A stretch of 60,829 bases of DNA, counting the filler, from Sphacelaria rigidula (taxonomy: Eukaryota), in NCBI GenBank assembly GCA_964200075.2. It is 9 parts of 9 records of this genome, joined end to end, with 100 filler letters (N's around TTAATTAATTAA, not from the genome) between each part and the next. Parts side by side here need not be neighbours in the genome. Positions count along the whole stretch, not along the records: positions 33,851 to 40,520 come from CAXNAA020018728.1; positions 40,621 to 47,290 come from CAXNAA020018729.1; positions 47,391 to 54,060 come from CAXNAA020018730.1; 6 more parts are not named here. The stretch is one strand, 5' to 3'. The notes under the pieces were generated by a model. That model did no database searches and had not been told where the DNA came from. It saw only the letters and a list, made by a program, of their open reading frames with translations. This document shows, piece after piece, positions 39,980-51,423 of this stretch. Position 1 is the stretch's first letter. Each line of letters starts with the position of its first letter. The translations under genes were made by a program, and so were the position numbers.

Positions 39980-40520
39980 GGGGGGGGGACTCATTTTTGC
40001 TTGCCCTAGTCCCCTGACCATTGATGACGCACCCCTTTCGAGACGGAGCACCGTTCCTACTCCGAATATAAACATTTCCAATGTTCGGACCCTCACCACA
40101 CACGCGGCCATTTGACTACACCCCAAAATGCTCCGGAGGGATGCGTGGTCCTCCAGGGGAAAACAAGCCTCCGGAGGCCTTCAATCCCTCTGGAGGGAAC
40201 CAAACTCTACCGACCCCGAGGGTCACGCACCCCTCCGGAGGAATCTGGGGGTATGGGCGACCCTCCAGAGGCAAAAATAAGCCTCCGGAGGCGTTCAATC
40301 CCTCTGAAGGAACCACAAAACTCTTCTCTGGAGGGCCGCGCACCCCTCCGGAGGCGTTTAATTTCTCTGGAGGCTCGAAACGTCTATCCACCTGGAGGAA
40401 GTTTGAACGTAGCCAAACGGCCGCTTGTGCATGTTTCCCCCATACCCCCCCCCCCCATAGTGCTCCATCTCGAAAGGGATGCATGGTCAATGGTCATACG
40501 ACTAAGGCAAGCAACAAATG
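39980..40520. mobile_element. Element bounded by inverted type-B poly-G repeats, with an internal CCTCCGGAGG array
   Basis: 39985-40051 and 40460-40520 are inverted copies; about ten CCTC(C/T)GGAGG-like palindromes lie at 40130-40400. Confidence 0.55.
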
Positions 40521-40659
40521 NNNNNNNNNNNNNNNNNNNNNNNNNNNNNNNNNNNNNNNNNNNNTTAATTAATTAANNNNNNNNNNNNNNNNNNNNNNNN
40601 NNNNNNNNNNNNNNNNNNNNGCGGGAGGGGGAGGGGTGGGTGGGGGGGTGGGGGGTGTG

Positions 40660-40933
40660 GATGCAGGAGGGTCAAGGAAGCAGGCAATTTTCTGTGCCCT
40701 CGAAGCGGTTTGAGAGCTCGTCAAACATTCCTTCCTTCCGCAGCGTTCACACGATGTAAGCGGGCAGATTCTCGGTCGATTTCAGGCAGGCGAACGTGTG
40801 CAGAGTTTTGACATATTGCTGGCATCAAGCATACTCGACGTGGTGATGAAACCCGCGCCCTGGAGGACGACGTTGGCCACTGAGAATGGCTGGAGTAACA
40901 TTTTCATGGCGTCCATGTTATCTCAACCTCAAC

Positions 40934-40967
<34 letters not shown>

Positions 40968-41390
40968 CGCGCGCACGTGTTGTCGTCCCATCTATTCTGG
41001 ACGCCGGTCTACACCTTTCGGTATGTGGGCGCATCAGCCGGGATCACACAGGAGCAAGGCCAACATATGAGCTTTCTTCTTTTTTGGTTTGTTTTAGTTC
41101 TCCACCTTCCTTCTGCGACGCTTGCCTTTTACTTTTTTGTCGCGAGAGGGGTTCAGCAGTCCATTTCCCTCGTCGACCATTAAGTCTTTTGAGGTCACCA
41201 ACTGAGTCACTGGGCATGCCGAGTCGTACTAGATATTCGGCCCTCTCGGCGCGCGTTCGCGCTCTTCAGGGCCGTCAAGACCTGAAGTCTGCAGCTAGAG
41301 ATGGTGCTTCCCTGCTTGAAAAGGCTGCTCCAGCGTGTCGTGCACGTCGAATGGATCGCCGTCACCCATTTTGCGGGGCTCGCCTGGATT
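40660..41390 (-). mobile_element. Degenerate hAT transposase fragment interrupted by a SINE
   Basis: TTRWSSLF, LLQPFSVANVVLQGAGFITTSSM and MFDELSNRF...IACFLDP in hAT order. Confidence 0.65.
40934..41181 (-). mobile_element. 5'-truncated SINE family 1 copy with (CA)n tail
   Basis: Homologous to the 3' portions of the copies at 3516-3872 and 50261-50636. Confidence 0.75.
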
Positions 41391-42869
41391 GGGTGGGGGA
41401 TGGGACGCGGATGACGGGGGCAAGGCAAACCATGAGGCAAGGCAAACCATGTGCCAAATAGCGGCCACAAGTTGTTTGCGACGCAAGCAACCAAGACGCG
41501 CTTCGAGAATAGAACGCATCGTACAACCCCGCGCGTAGGCGACGCACCCTGTCAAAAAAAAACTTTTACAGTATGTCATACAGCGCAAGAGGAGGTGATA
41601 TGACCCCGCCATGGTTATGTTACGCTTGTGCGAGCTATGATTAAACAAATAAATGCACCATATTATATATTATACAAGGTTCTATTCGGGAGGTCGATAC
41701 TGGCCTCCCGGGGGTGACGCAAGTCGAAAATATGCTAGTGCTATTCCTTTTTCATAATATGGAGCCAATTGTGTGGAAGAGTTTGTACCTTCCAGTAGAT
41801 ACTCGTACTGTCACATTTCGCAGTTTCGAATGTCTAAGACAAAGAGTGGCGGCAAGAGCGGTGGACACTTTCAGCATGAAGAGCTCGGTTCACGGGCGGT
41901 GTGCGGAGACGAAAAAAACATGATCATGCACGAGACCCGTCACAGCACACATTGCAAGTGATTGCTACTGAAATAAGATCGCGTCCCGGTAGTACACGTC
42001 GAACTTGTGCAGGGTTCTCTAAATGCCGGCCCGACCCCGCGCGCCTGGATTTCAAATCACACTTGTATACAGTACAAGGATCGGACGGGGCCGCCTATCG
42101 GCGGCCCCGTCCTCCACGATAGGCGTGGAAAAGGATTAATTTAATTTGGGAGATGGTGAAGGCAATGACTCCTACCAAGAGGTTGAGCCAAAGATTGGAT
42201 ATCATCTGTATCGGTTATAAAACTGTGTTGAATGTGATGAGTAGAAGATGGTAGATCCGGCACGAGCGTAATGTTTGCAGTAGACCTAAGGAGAATAAAT
42301 ATAATCGCGTTACCGTTTGAACGTCATGTGTTGCACGTATACAACGAACACTGCGATTGCCAAATAATAGAGAACCAAAAATCATCGAACTCCAAGAAAT
42401 CGTTCTGGTTTCACCTGTGTTCATCGCGTGTATGCATGTATAGTTGAATTTTTTCCGTTTTTCATAATCAAAGTGCCAGATCCATCATCAGGACTCCTCG
42501 TATTGCCTAATACGCGAACACTTTCAGGCACTGACTGTCTGGGTCGAAGGTCGAATCTCGCCCTCGTCGAACGTGAACGATGATGGNNNNNNNNNNGAAC
42601 ATTGCACCATCTTATCAAGCTTTCGAAAATGAAAAATGTCGCAGGGTGACGTGAAGCAGAAGGGCCTTGTTAAGTGTACTGTTTTATGTGTACTGTTTCA
42701 ATACTAGGTCTAGTTGCCCCGCTTGCACGGGAGCGTTCACACGTAATCTTGGTTAGAGATATATATATATATATGTATGATATTGCTTGCTGTCTGTGTG
42801 TACGTGGTGTACCATCCCTCGCTCTGCCACATCTAGTACAGCGGTCGGTGTTGCAGCTAGGTGTGCATT

Positions 42870-44250
42870 TACCCTAGGTGGCGCACGCAAGAGTAATAGG
42901 CCGCCTCTGCCGCCATAATTCCTGCCTGTATCTTGAGCGGATGGTAACACAGCCGCTATGGCGCGCAAGCCGGCTGTAACAATTCATACCGCGTGGAGAT
43001 TTCTACTCTGTCTTGAAGTCATACTGCGCGCAGTTCCCACTTTTGTACGAGTTTTGTGCACGTCGCAGAAGACAACAGCTTCCATGCCTGTGCACAGTAC
43101 GTGTTTTTTAATTGTGTACAGGCTGTAGAAAGCTCTTGCCTGGGGTGTAATACATTTCCATACATATCAGGCGGTGAGATCGTGAAATAATCAAATAATC
43201 CACAGCACATGCCCGAAGTGGAAGTGAGGCAATCGCCGAAATATTCGCGTGCAAAGCCTGTGCGGCCGTACTCGAAGTTGAAGAACACCAGTGCAACGGG
43301 CATTTTGGCTGCCGGCCTGTGCACGGCCGTCCCGGTAGTGTTGGGACCGTCTGTACCGGGATGTCGCCCCCAGTGCCAGGTACGCCGGCAAGGGTCCGCA
43401 GCACTACCCACTGGTCGCGCGATAGGAGCTCAATCTTCGACTGTCGAGATTTTTGAAGAGGAAATGTTCAGCTCCCAACCCTCACGTATATAGTGAACCA
43501 TAAACGATGCTTATTTGCTGGGTTTCTTCGAGCGTTCGTCCATAACTGGGCGAAGATAGATGATGAGGCCGGCAGGATCCGTCGCAGCCTGCGTGATCAA
43601 CTATCACTATACCCACTCTATCTACAGTAGCCGTCATCAGACAGCAGGGTGTTGAAAAAACAAAATGCCACGCACCGTGGGTATCCACCGTACGTATCAA
43701 TGCAGACCGGGCCATCAGCGACTTCCCCTGCTGCAGCTGTGACTGTGACACCTTCCTCTAGTACCAATCCACACATTCTTCAGTGTGCTTCACGATGCTT
43801 TTTTTGTGGATTGTTACGTTCGCATAATTGGGGCACATATTACGCAGATATGACCATGTTAGAGGCTTCACGTCAAAACTAAATGATGAGGGATCTCAGA
43901 TCATTCGACTTGTGTTTGCTGCTGACTAAGTCACGGCAATGCCCAGCTGTTTTCAACTGCTTTGCTCTCATGCTCTCGTGGCATTCGCTGCATAACCACT
44001 GTCTTCGTGTTCCCAAATCATCGAGAACGCGAAGAAAATCACGGTGAAAAAATACCCCGCCATGAGCGGGCTTTTGTGGCTCTTGTTTGAAGTTGTCGAC
44101 CAATGTTGGAAACGCTTTTGTGGTTCGGGATCGACACCCCGCGAAAAAGAGCCAGTGTCGGCGACTTTCGATGGCAAGAACACGCGTCACAGGTATCAGA
44201 TGACACCCAAACCTGAACTGTAATGTACCGCTGACCCTCCTTCGTGCACT
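42870..44250 (-). mobile_element. Second, highly degenerate hAT-like transposase
   Basis: LIRTVDT, ELLSRDQWVVLRTLAGV, VLHPR and a weak dimerisation-domain resemblance (RAIAAVLPSAQDTGRNYG). Confidence 0.4.
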
Positions 44251-45204
44251 GCAAAACAAAGCGCGGGCTAAGATGCGTTACAGCCAGAGAACACTTGGCA
44301 AAAGTGGTGAAAAATGCGAAATGATGCATGTACGTATGGTAATCGTATCTCAAGAATAGAGGCAAACGAAGCGATTCCATGTTCGCTGCTCAAGTTTCAA
44401 TGAGCGCTGCAGCACTGCCAGAAAAAATGAATAAATCAGTTTTTCATGCCGCAGTAATAGAGCGTGTTTCAGTTTCGTCTATCATGAGACCATGGCTGGA
44501 GCCCTGGGGGGTCAGTAAAAGTGCGACAATCAATCAATAAATCAGTAATATTCCGGCTCTTGCCTTCTGCAGCAGCATCTCCAGGTGCTCGCGTGTAGAT
44601 TGAGAGGCCCGACCGTGCGCCGCGAACTTATTATTCTTTTCAAAAGTCTTTTTGATGTCAGCTTGTTGAAGCACGGGCTTGAGCTCGAGCTCGAGGACAA
44701 GACATGGGCAAGGCAGCCACTCCGGTTTCAAGCCGCGGTTCGTGCAAGCGCACCATTGACACGGGCGCCAACGTCAAGTGCTTGCTCGAGCTGCTGCACT
44801 CCTCTCTGTTGAACTTCTCTTCAGGGGGGGAGGGGATGATCCTGCTTGTGGAGCGGATTCCTCTGCCTACGTCGACCCTGCTCGAGAGTTGGCTGGGTTA
44901 ACGGCAAGCTCTGTCCGGGCCGCTCGTACACCGACACAACCTCGTCGGCCCCCTTCACCCTCGTCGGAATCGCTACCCTCCATCACCTTGTTGCCGTTAA
45001 GGTAGCCTAAGATGTGATTGGATGATGCTATGAGGCCGGGTGATCAGATGAGCCCAGCTTGGGGCACCTATAAGGTACGCAGGGGCGCCGTGCTCACCCA
45101 AGCTGCTCGTCTAGACGCTCAGATCGAGATCATGAATCGCGATTAATCGAAAATTGAGACCCACCCAAAGTTCTCGATTTCGATATCCTTCGATTTTCCA
45201 TCAA

Positions 45205-45364
45205 TCCTTTTGGGACCGGACTCTCAGAAACATGTGGTTTGCACCCAAGGACCTTTCGGTGAACCTGCACAATTTTTCCTTGAAAACGACTGAAAATGAT
45301 CCTGATTCACAAAAAGCCCCCTGTGTGTAAACCACATGTTTCTGGGTATCCCGTCCCAAAAGGG
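45205..45364. mobile_element. piggyBac-like MITE
   Basis: TIRs ccttttgggac / gtcccaaaaggg; flanks tcaa/ttga (degenerate TTAA). Confidence 0.5.
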
Positions 45365-46018
45365 TTGATCGCGTTTTAAAATCGAAATTTCGATATCGAT
45401 TTAGAACCCTGCAGTAGATCCATACGGTACGCAGTACACTTTTAACGATGTAATCTAATGTCATCATCTAGGGTGTGCATTTTTGACAGTTTTTTCCACG
45501 TTTTCTTATTCTCATACTTCGTATATATATTCATGCGCGCGCACGATCTCTCTGCCAAACAAAAAAAATGAGAGAAAACGACGATGAGCAAATTACTCCC
45601 CCACAAACAGGTACTGTATCAAATAAAGCAGCACGTACGTAGACGTAGATTCAACATTTCGAAACGTTTTTGCAGATCTCGGCTATCAAACTTTTTTTTT
45701 GGGGGGGGGGGGTGATTTGGATTCCTGTTCGGAAATTAATTAAACATCATCCACAACCTGGACTTGAGAGTGCATGCTGTCAACTAAAGCGTTTGCTGCA
45801 GTATACCATGTATTCTATACTGTACGCAGTGCACTTTTTGATGATGTGATCTGTCATTATTCAGGAAGTGGAAACATCGTATTTTGACAAAATCCATGAG
45901 TGACTCTCCGTGTTCCAAGGCTCCAGCCTACTGGTCGGTAACCCTTGCAAATAACATAAATATTTCCTTTTTTTTTAATGCATGCATGCATTTTGCGCCT
46001 TCTGTGCGTTGCTTGCAG

Positions 46019-46222
46019 GTGGCAGACCTACCCGCCTTCATGGAGCAGGTGCTGGAAAGATTTCCCCTCTTGACGGACCTGAGCATGATGCGTAACCCAG
46101 CGTGCCCGGGGCTGATGGACATACAGCGCCCCGATATGGAGGCGTGTCGCCTGTACCGGACGTACGTGGTGTTTCGAGCACCCCAGCTTGTGACGGTGGA
46201 CGGCGTTGACGTCACCGAAGAG
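46019..46222 (+). CDS. Exon of an LRR protein with LRR-cap, LRMDA/C10orf11-like
   Basis: ttgcag/gtgagt boundaries, 68 codons: VADLPAFMEQVLERFPLLTDLSMMRNPACPGL...YRTYVVFRAPQLVTVDGVDVTEE. Confidence 0.8.
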
Positions 46223-46297
46223 GTGAGTTCAGTTCAAACAAGAACAACTATATATCCAGCGAATCACGCTTGAGTATGTTCTTCTGCAAAAAAGAAC

Positions 46298-46316
46298 GTT
46301 GTTGTGGTTGTGGTGG

Positions 46317-46377
<61 letters not shown>

Positions 46378-46436
46378 GGTGGTGGTAGTTGTGGTGGTGG
46401 TAGTTGTGGTGGTGGTGGTGGTGGCCGTTGTGGTTA
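46298..46436. repeat. (TTG)n/(TGG)n microsatellite
   Basis: Read directly; intronic. Confidence 0.9.
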
Positions 46437-47670
46437 TGGGGCGAACAATGCAGACTATTCAAAAGTGTGTTGGGTAGAGTATGTACTCTTGAGAACCCGG
46501 GTATAATACACGGATGCTTGCTCTACCTGAGTTTTGGGTAGATTGATACGACCTCAGCACTCCACCCCACAAATAAGTATAGTTGAGTATGATGTCAATA
46601 CCCATTTTTTTAATAGGTACTTTCAGCAATCCCCGGGTATAGAACATCGATTGCGCATGACCCGAATACTTTACCCAAAATTTGTGTAGAGTTGGGTATG
46701 ATCTCAATACTCCACCAAATATTTGGGTAAGTACTCTCGGTAATACCCGGGTATGAAGTTTCACTCGGGTATTACCCTCAATACTCCACACAAATTTTGT
46801 GTAGAGTTGGGTATAACCTCAATACTCTACCCAAATATGGGGTGAGCAATCTCACTATTCCTGACCGTTGGTGACTTCGTTACGTCACTTCATAGACGAC
46901 CTTGACTGTGAGCGCGAATGATCACCAGCAAAAACAATACTCTTGATTTTTTGTTTCATCGCTCTGGACAGGATATCCCCGACTTTTGACCAGGTTTCAG
47001 TTTTCAGCACAGAGCGCTCACCAACTTCTTGTGCTTATTTGAGTAGACGGATAAAGGGAGTAAAAAATGAGCGACAGTACGGACCACACGCTTTCGAAGC
47101 TTCTTAACCCTTTTGGGACTGAAGCTCACTAACAAGGGGCTCACCATGTGTTGGTAAAATAATAGTAAACACGTCTGGGAGCGACCTGTCCAATCAGGGC
47201 GAGGCGAAATTTATCGACCATATCAGAACGACCGGTGTACTCATGATCATGCATGCCATAGTCATCAGACCATTGACCTCGCATCCTTACNNNNNNNNNN
47301 NNNNNNNNNNNNNNNNNNNNNNNNNNNNNNNNNNTTAATTAATTAANNNNNNNNNNNNNNNNNNNNNNNNNNNNNNNNNNNNNNNNNNNNAGCTCCAAAA
47401 ATACATTTTTCCGGGTTTTTATTTTTGTCTATTATTATAAGAAGCGGCCTTAGCGTCCGCCTAAAAGACCAAACCGAAGAAAGACCAGAACGGTCTTTTT
47501 GCTGCGGACTTTGCGGGCAAATTCGCTTCCCAAAACACCGTACCGGTAAGGATCGAGAGGACTTGAGATTGTTGGCCAATAGGAAAGACCGAGCCCGACT
47601 CGGGTGACAGTCCCATCTTGCTCTGAACTTTGGGACCAGACCCGAGGTTCGTCCGCGCAAACACTCTGCT

Positions 47671-48470
47671 CATTTTTCAAGTATGAATGTAGGAAACGAG
47701 TGTGAGAGAATTTCAACGTATTTCGGAAATATCCTGAAATGTTCCGCGAAAGGAAGAACCAAATGTCATACGAGGATACTGGTAAGCCGAGTTTGAGATA
47801 CCTCTAGAACGCGTTTTCGTTCACATCGGCGTTGTCTGCGGAACACCTCCCACCTCTCTTGCCCCGAGAGTTTTCGTACGCGTCGGGTCGGTCAGTGGGG
47901 CATGGTTAGGGTTAGCATTAGGGCTGCCGGCACCTCCATATTACCAACCATTGTTTACCGACATTCCTTCAGTGGCTTCGCGTTAAAAATACTTAGACAG
48001 CGATGTGGACTGTCCATCTAGATCACGCATACTTTTTTCAAGTGAATGTTGATGCCGATTCAGCAGGTGACCTACCCTCGGGGTCAAAGGGTCAAGGTAA
48101 CCCTAACCCTCATATACTTCTCGCTGCTCGTAGCGGAGAGACCGCCCAACTTGTAGAACGGAATGATGTTGCTCTTTGATTCATTTTTCAAGTATAAATA
48201 ATGCTGCATACACGACTATGAGAGAACTCAACGCATTTTCGGACATATCCTGAAATGTTCCGGCAAAGGAAGAACCAAATGTAATACGAGAAATCCGGGA
48301 AGCCGAGTTTGAGACACCTCTAGAACGTGTTCTCGTTAACATCGGCATTGTCTACGGAACACCTTGCACCTCCCTTGCCCGAGGATTTCCGTACGCCTTG
48401 GGTCGGGGTTAGGGATAGCGTTGGAGTTGGCAGCACCTCCACAGTACCAACCATTGTTGGCGGACATTCT
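47671..48470. repeat. Two diverged direct copies (about 300 bp) of a dispersed repeat with TTAGGG-like tracts
   Basis: 47671-47968 aligns by eye with 48182-48470. Confidence 0.75.
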
Positions 48471-48772
48471 TTAGTAGTCTCACATATTTCTCGTAGCTAA
48501 CAGACCGCACAATACCCCCAAATTGTGGAACGAGATGGCGTAGCTCTTGTTCTTATTTTCAAGTACAGTATACATGTCCCAAAAACAAATTTTCTGGGCG
48601 AGCTACGAGTGCTCGTATGAGGACTTGAAATTGTCAGCTCCTCCAAGATCTGAATATTGGACTATAGACCAAACTCAAGGTGAAAACTATTGTTTCCGAC
48701 CATTCGATATCTCTGTTGGTGGCGAAAAAGTCACGTGCGGTGGAAAACAAATAATAATCCCATCTCATTCAG

Positions 48773-48905
48773 CCCTTAGACCGCGAGGGTAGTCTTCTGT
48801 TGAATCGGCATCAATTTCAAAAAAAAAAAAGTATGCGAATCGGCATCAATTTCAAGTGAAAAAAAGTATGCAGACTACAGAAAGACTAATCTCGCGGTCT
48901 AAGGG
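48773..48905. mobile_element. piggyBac-like MITE
   Basis: cccttagaccgcgagggtag / ctaatctcgcggtctaaggg followed by TTAA; same family as 55922-56018. Confidence 0.7.
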
Positions 48906-49300
48906 TTAAAAGTGGGGGTGTTGTGATCTCAACCTATATGAAGAAGTGCGGTGGAAACACAAGTTATTATTATTGTTATTATTATTTCCGCACATTAGTC
49001 CGATCTCGCGAACCAAGTAACAAGGAAAATAATAAGATCGTAGTTTCAAGATAAATGACGATGGTTGACATTCTATATTTTATAACAGAAATGGTCTCAC
49101 GACACCACTCCTACACCGCGGGTGCGAGAAGTCAGGGGGCACTTTGTCGTGGTGTGCTCCGCGATTGCAAACAAATCCATGCAACAACTGTTAGTAGTGC
49201 CCAAGGCACCACTACACCGTACTGTCTTCGTGATGCACCGTACCGACTGTTTGGGAACAGTATCAAACAAACATAGATCACCCATTTACGATCAGGTGTT

Positions 49301-49551
49301 ATGAGTGGGCAGTCAGGGCGTTTGGGTGCTGCACTGCGAGAATATGGCGAGGACACGTCGACGTTGGACACTCCGCAAAGTGCCGTGATGAGTCCGGCTG
49401 CTGCGGCAGCAACTGCTGGTGCCGCAGTGCACCAACGCGCGCCCAAGAAGTACGTTTCCAAGACGGTTCGCAGTTCTTGTGACTTTTGCTACCGCAGAAA
49501 GAAAAAATGCGATGGTTCTGGTTTCAACGGCGAGGGGACAAGTCGATGCAG
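49301..49551 (+). CDS. First coding exon of a Zn(II)2Cys6 (GAL4-type) zinc-cluster transcription factor
   Basis: ATG...VRSSCDFCYRRKKKCDGSGFNGEGTSRC then a gtgtgt donor. Four of the six Cys are present; later exons were not located. Confidence 0.8.
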
Positions 49552-50260
49552 GTGTGTCTGTCACTTGTGTTGGAAAGGTTGGGCGGGGAAAGTAAAGAGC
49601 GATTCACTGAACAAGCATAACGGAATACAGGAATTGTTTCACCACGGGGGTGTACTCATACTGCTCATGCATGCCATAGTCATGAGACCATTGACCTCGC
49701 ATCACCACAGGGGTGAGGGGTATATTGATCAAGTTTCATGAGCTATAGCGCCGATCAAACACTCTACACGAGACGTGTTCTCCATCCTCACCCCCTTGAA
49801 GATGAGCAAGATGGTGGTGGTTTTGCTACTTGGTCGAGTGGAACGCGTGAAGGGAGATGTGAAATTTCGTTTTAAATTATGAAAGCTGCTGCAACGTCCC
49901 GAAATTGAAGATGACGTCGCCCATTGTTACCTTGTTTGTCTCCATATGTCAATGCTGGGGGTTGTATCAAATAAACACGACACATTGCAGTTGAATACCT
50001 TATCAGGTGTTGGTCCTTTGGAAGGGATATTCATCGTCAGCGTGTACGCTGTAATGGGTGGTATTCAGTCAGAGTTCTTCTAGGGCGTACCTTATGAGAT
50101 TCCCTTCACATGTGTTTCTGTTATTAGTGACTGAGACCGACTTCCATGGCAGCGAATCCTGGTTTTGTGGACATCTCGGGGGCACATATATTTACGAGCT
50201 CAAAATCGGGTGGACCAGTTCATGGTCTCACAGATTTTTGGTATACAGACTGATCGCCCC

Positions 50261-50636
50261 GCCCCGGTGGCTCAGTCGGTAATTTCGAAACCTTCGAAAG
50301 GTTGGGTCGTGGGTTCGAAGTTCGGAGCGGTCTGGCATTTGTTCTCACACCATCCCCAACAACAGTGGAGAGCGACCATGTCGTGGGCACACAAAACTCG
50401 ACGTTATGGTCGATGAGCGAAAGGGATTACTGAACACATCTGGCGATAAAAAAAGAGGGGCAAGCACCGCAGAAGGACAGAAGGACGGTGGAGACTCAAA
50501 ACAGACGGAAGGAAAGAAACTCCTGTGTTGGTTGGCCTTCCTCATGTGTGACCATAGCTCGTGCGCTCACATATACCGAAAGATGTAGATCAGCGTCCAG
50601 AAGAGATGGGACGTCAACAAACACACACACACACAC
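50261..50636 (+). mobile_element. Full-length tRNA-derived SINE, family 1
   Basis: A box gtggctcagtcgg, B box ggttcgaagt, (CA)n tail. Confidence 0.85.
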
Positions 50637-51116
50637 GAAGTCATTTTCTCGGCGGTCGTGTGGGTCGACGGCTGCTCCGTCGAATGAGGAAGATGAAGGG
50701 AAAAAAAAGGACTTGTGACTATCTACGGCGAGACGCTTGAAGCGGAACTGCCAAACACCGAACCTCAAGTGTCAATTGCATAATGAAGAGCGTTTTGAAA
50801 ATGATGTAGCACATGCCCACTACACCTCGACGCGATATAGCGGATATATGCCAAGGCTTGTGTTTTTCATTGCACGACATCCAAAAACAAAAATAACATA
50901 TGGTAACCTGCGACCGCAAAATAAAAAATACACCATGGCTTGCTATTCAACGGCATGCGTGCTTATCGACCCGGATGTGAATAATTTTGCGCTGTTATCC
51001 CCACGTGCTGCCAGCCTTGGCTTACTTCTTGTGCTCACCCCCCACTCCTCACGAAGAGTCTCTGCTGCTGCATGGTACAGATATGAGTTTCAAATTGCTC
51101 ACTTTAAATGTGATTT

Positions 51117-51423
51117 TAATACAGTACTAGTCGGATCAAAGCTGCGGGGTAAAATAATGGTAGATTCTCCGATTTGTACGATGAGCACGAACGGGGAGGA
51201 AATATACATTTTAAAGGGGATTCTAATACAGTACTAGCCGGGTCAAAGCTGCGGGGTAAATTAGTGGTAGATTCTACGATTTGCACGATAAGCGCGAACG
51301 GGGAGGAAATATACATTTTAAAGGGGATTCTAATACAGTACTAGCCGGGTCAAAGCTGCGGGGTAAATTAGTGGTAGATTCTCCGATTTGCACGATAAGC
51401 GCGAACGGGGAGGAAATATACAT
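51117..51423. repeat. Tandem repeat, 107-bp unit, about 3 copies
   Basis: taatacagtactag recurs at 51117, 51224 and 51331. Confidence 0.9.

Noticed and set aside
50261..50335. Functional tRNA genes (also 39213, 39650 and 56471)
   Set aside because: A/B boxes are present but there is no clean cloverleaf, and most continue into repeated SINE bodies.
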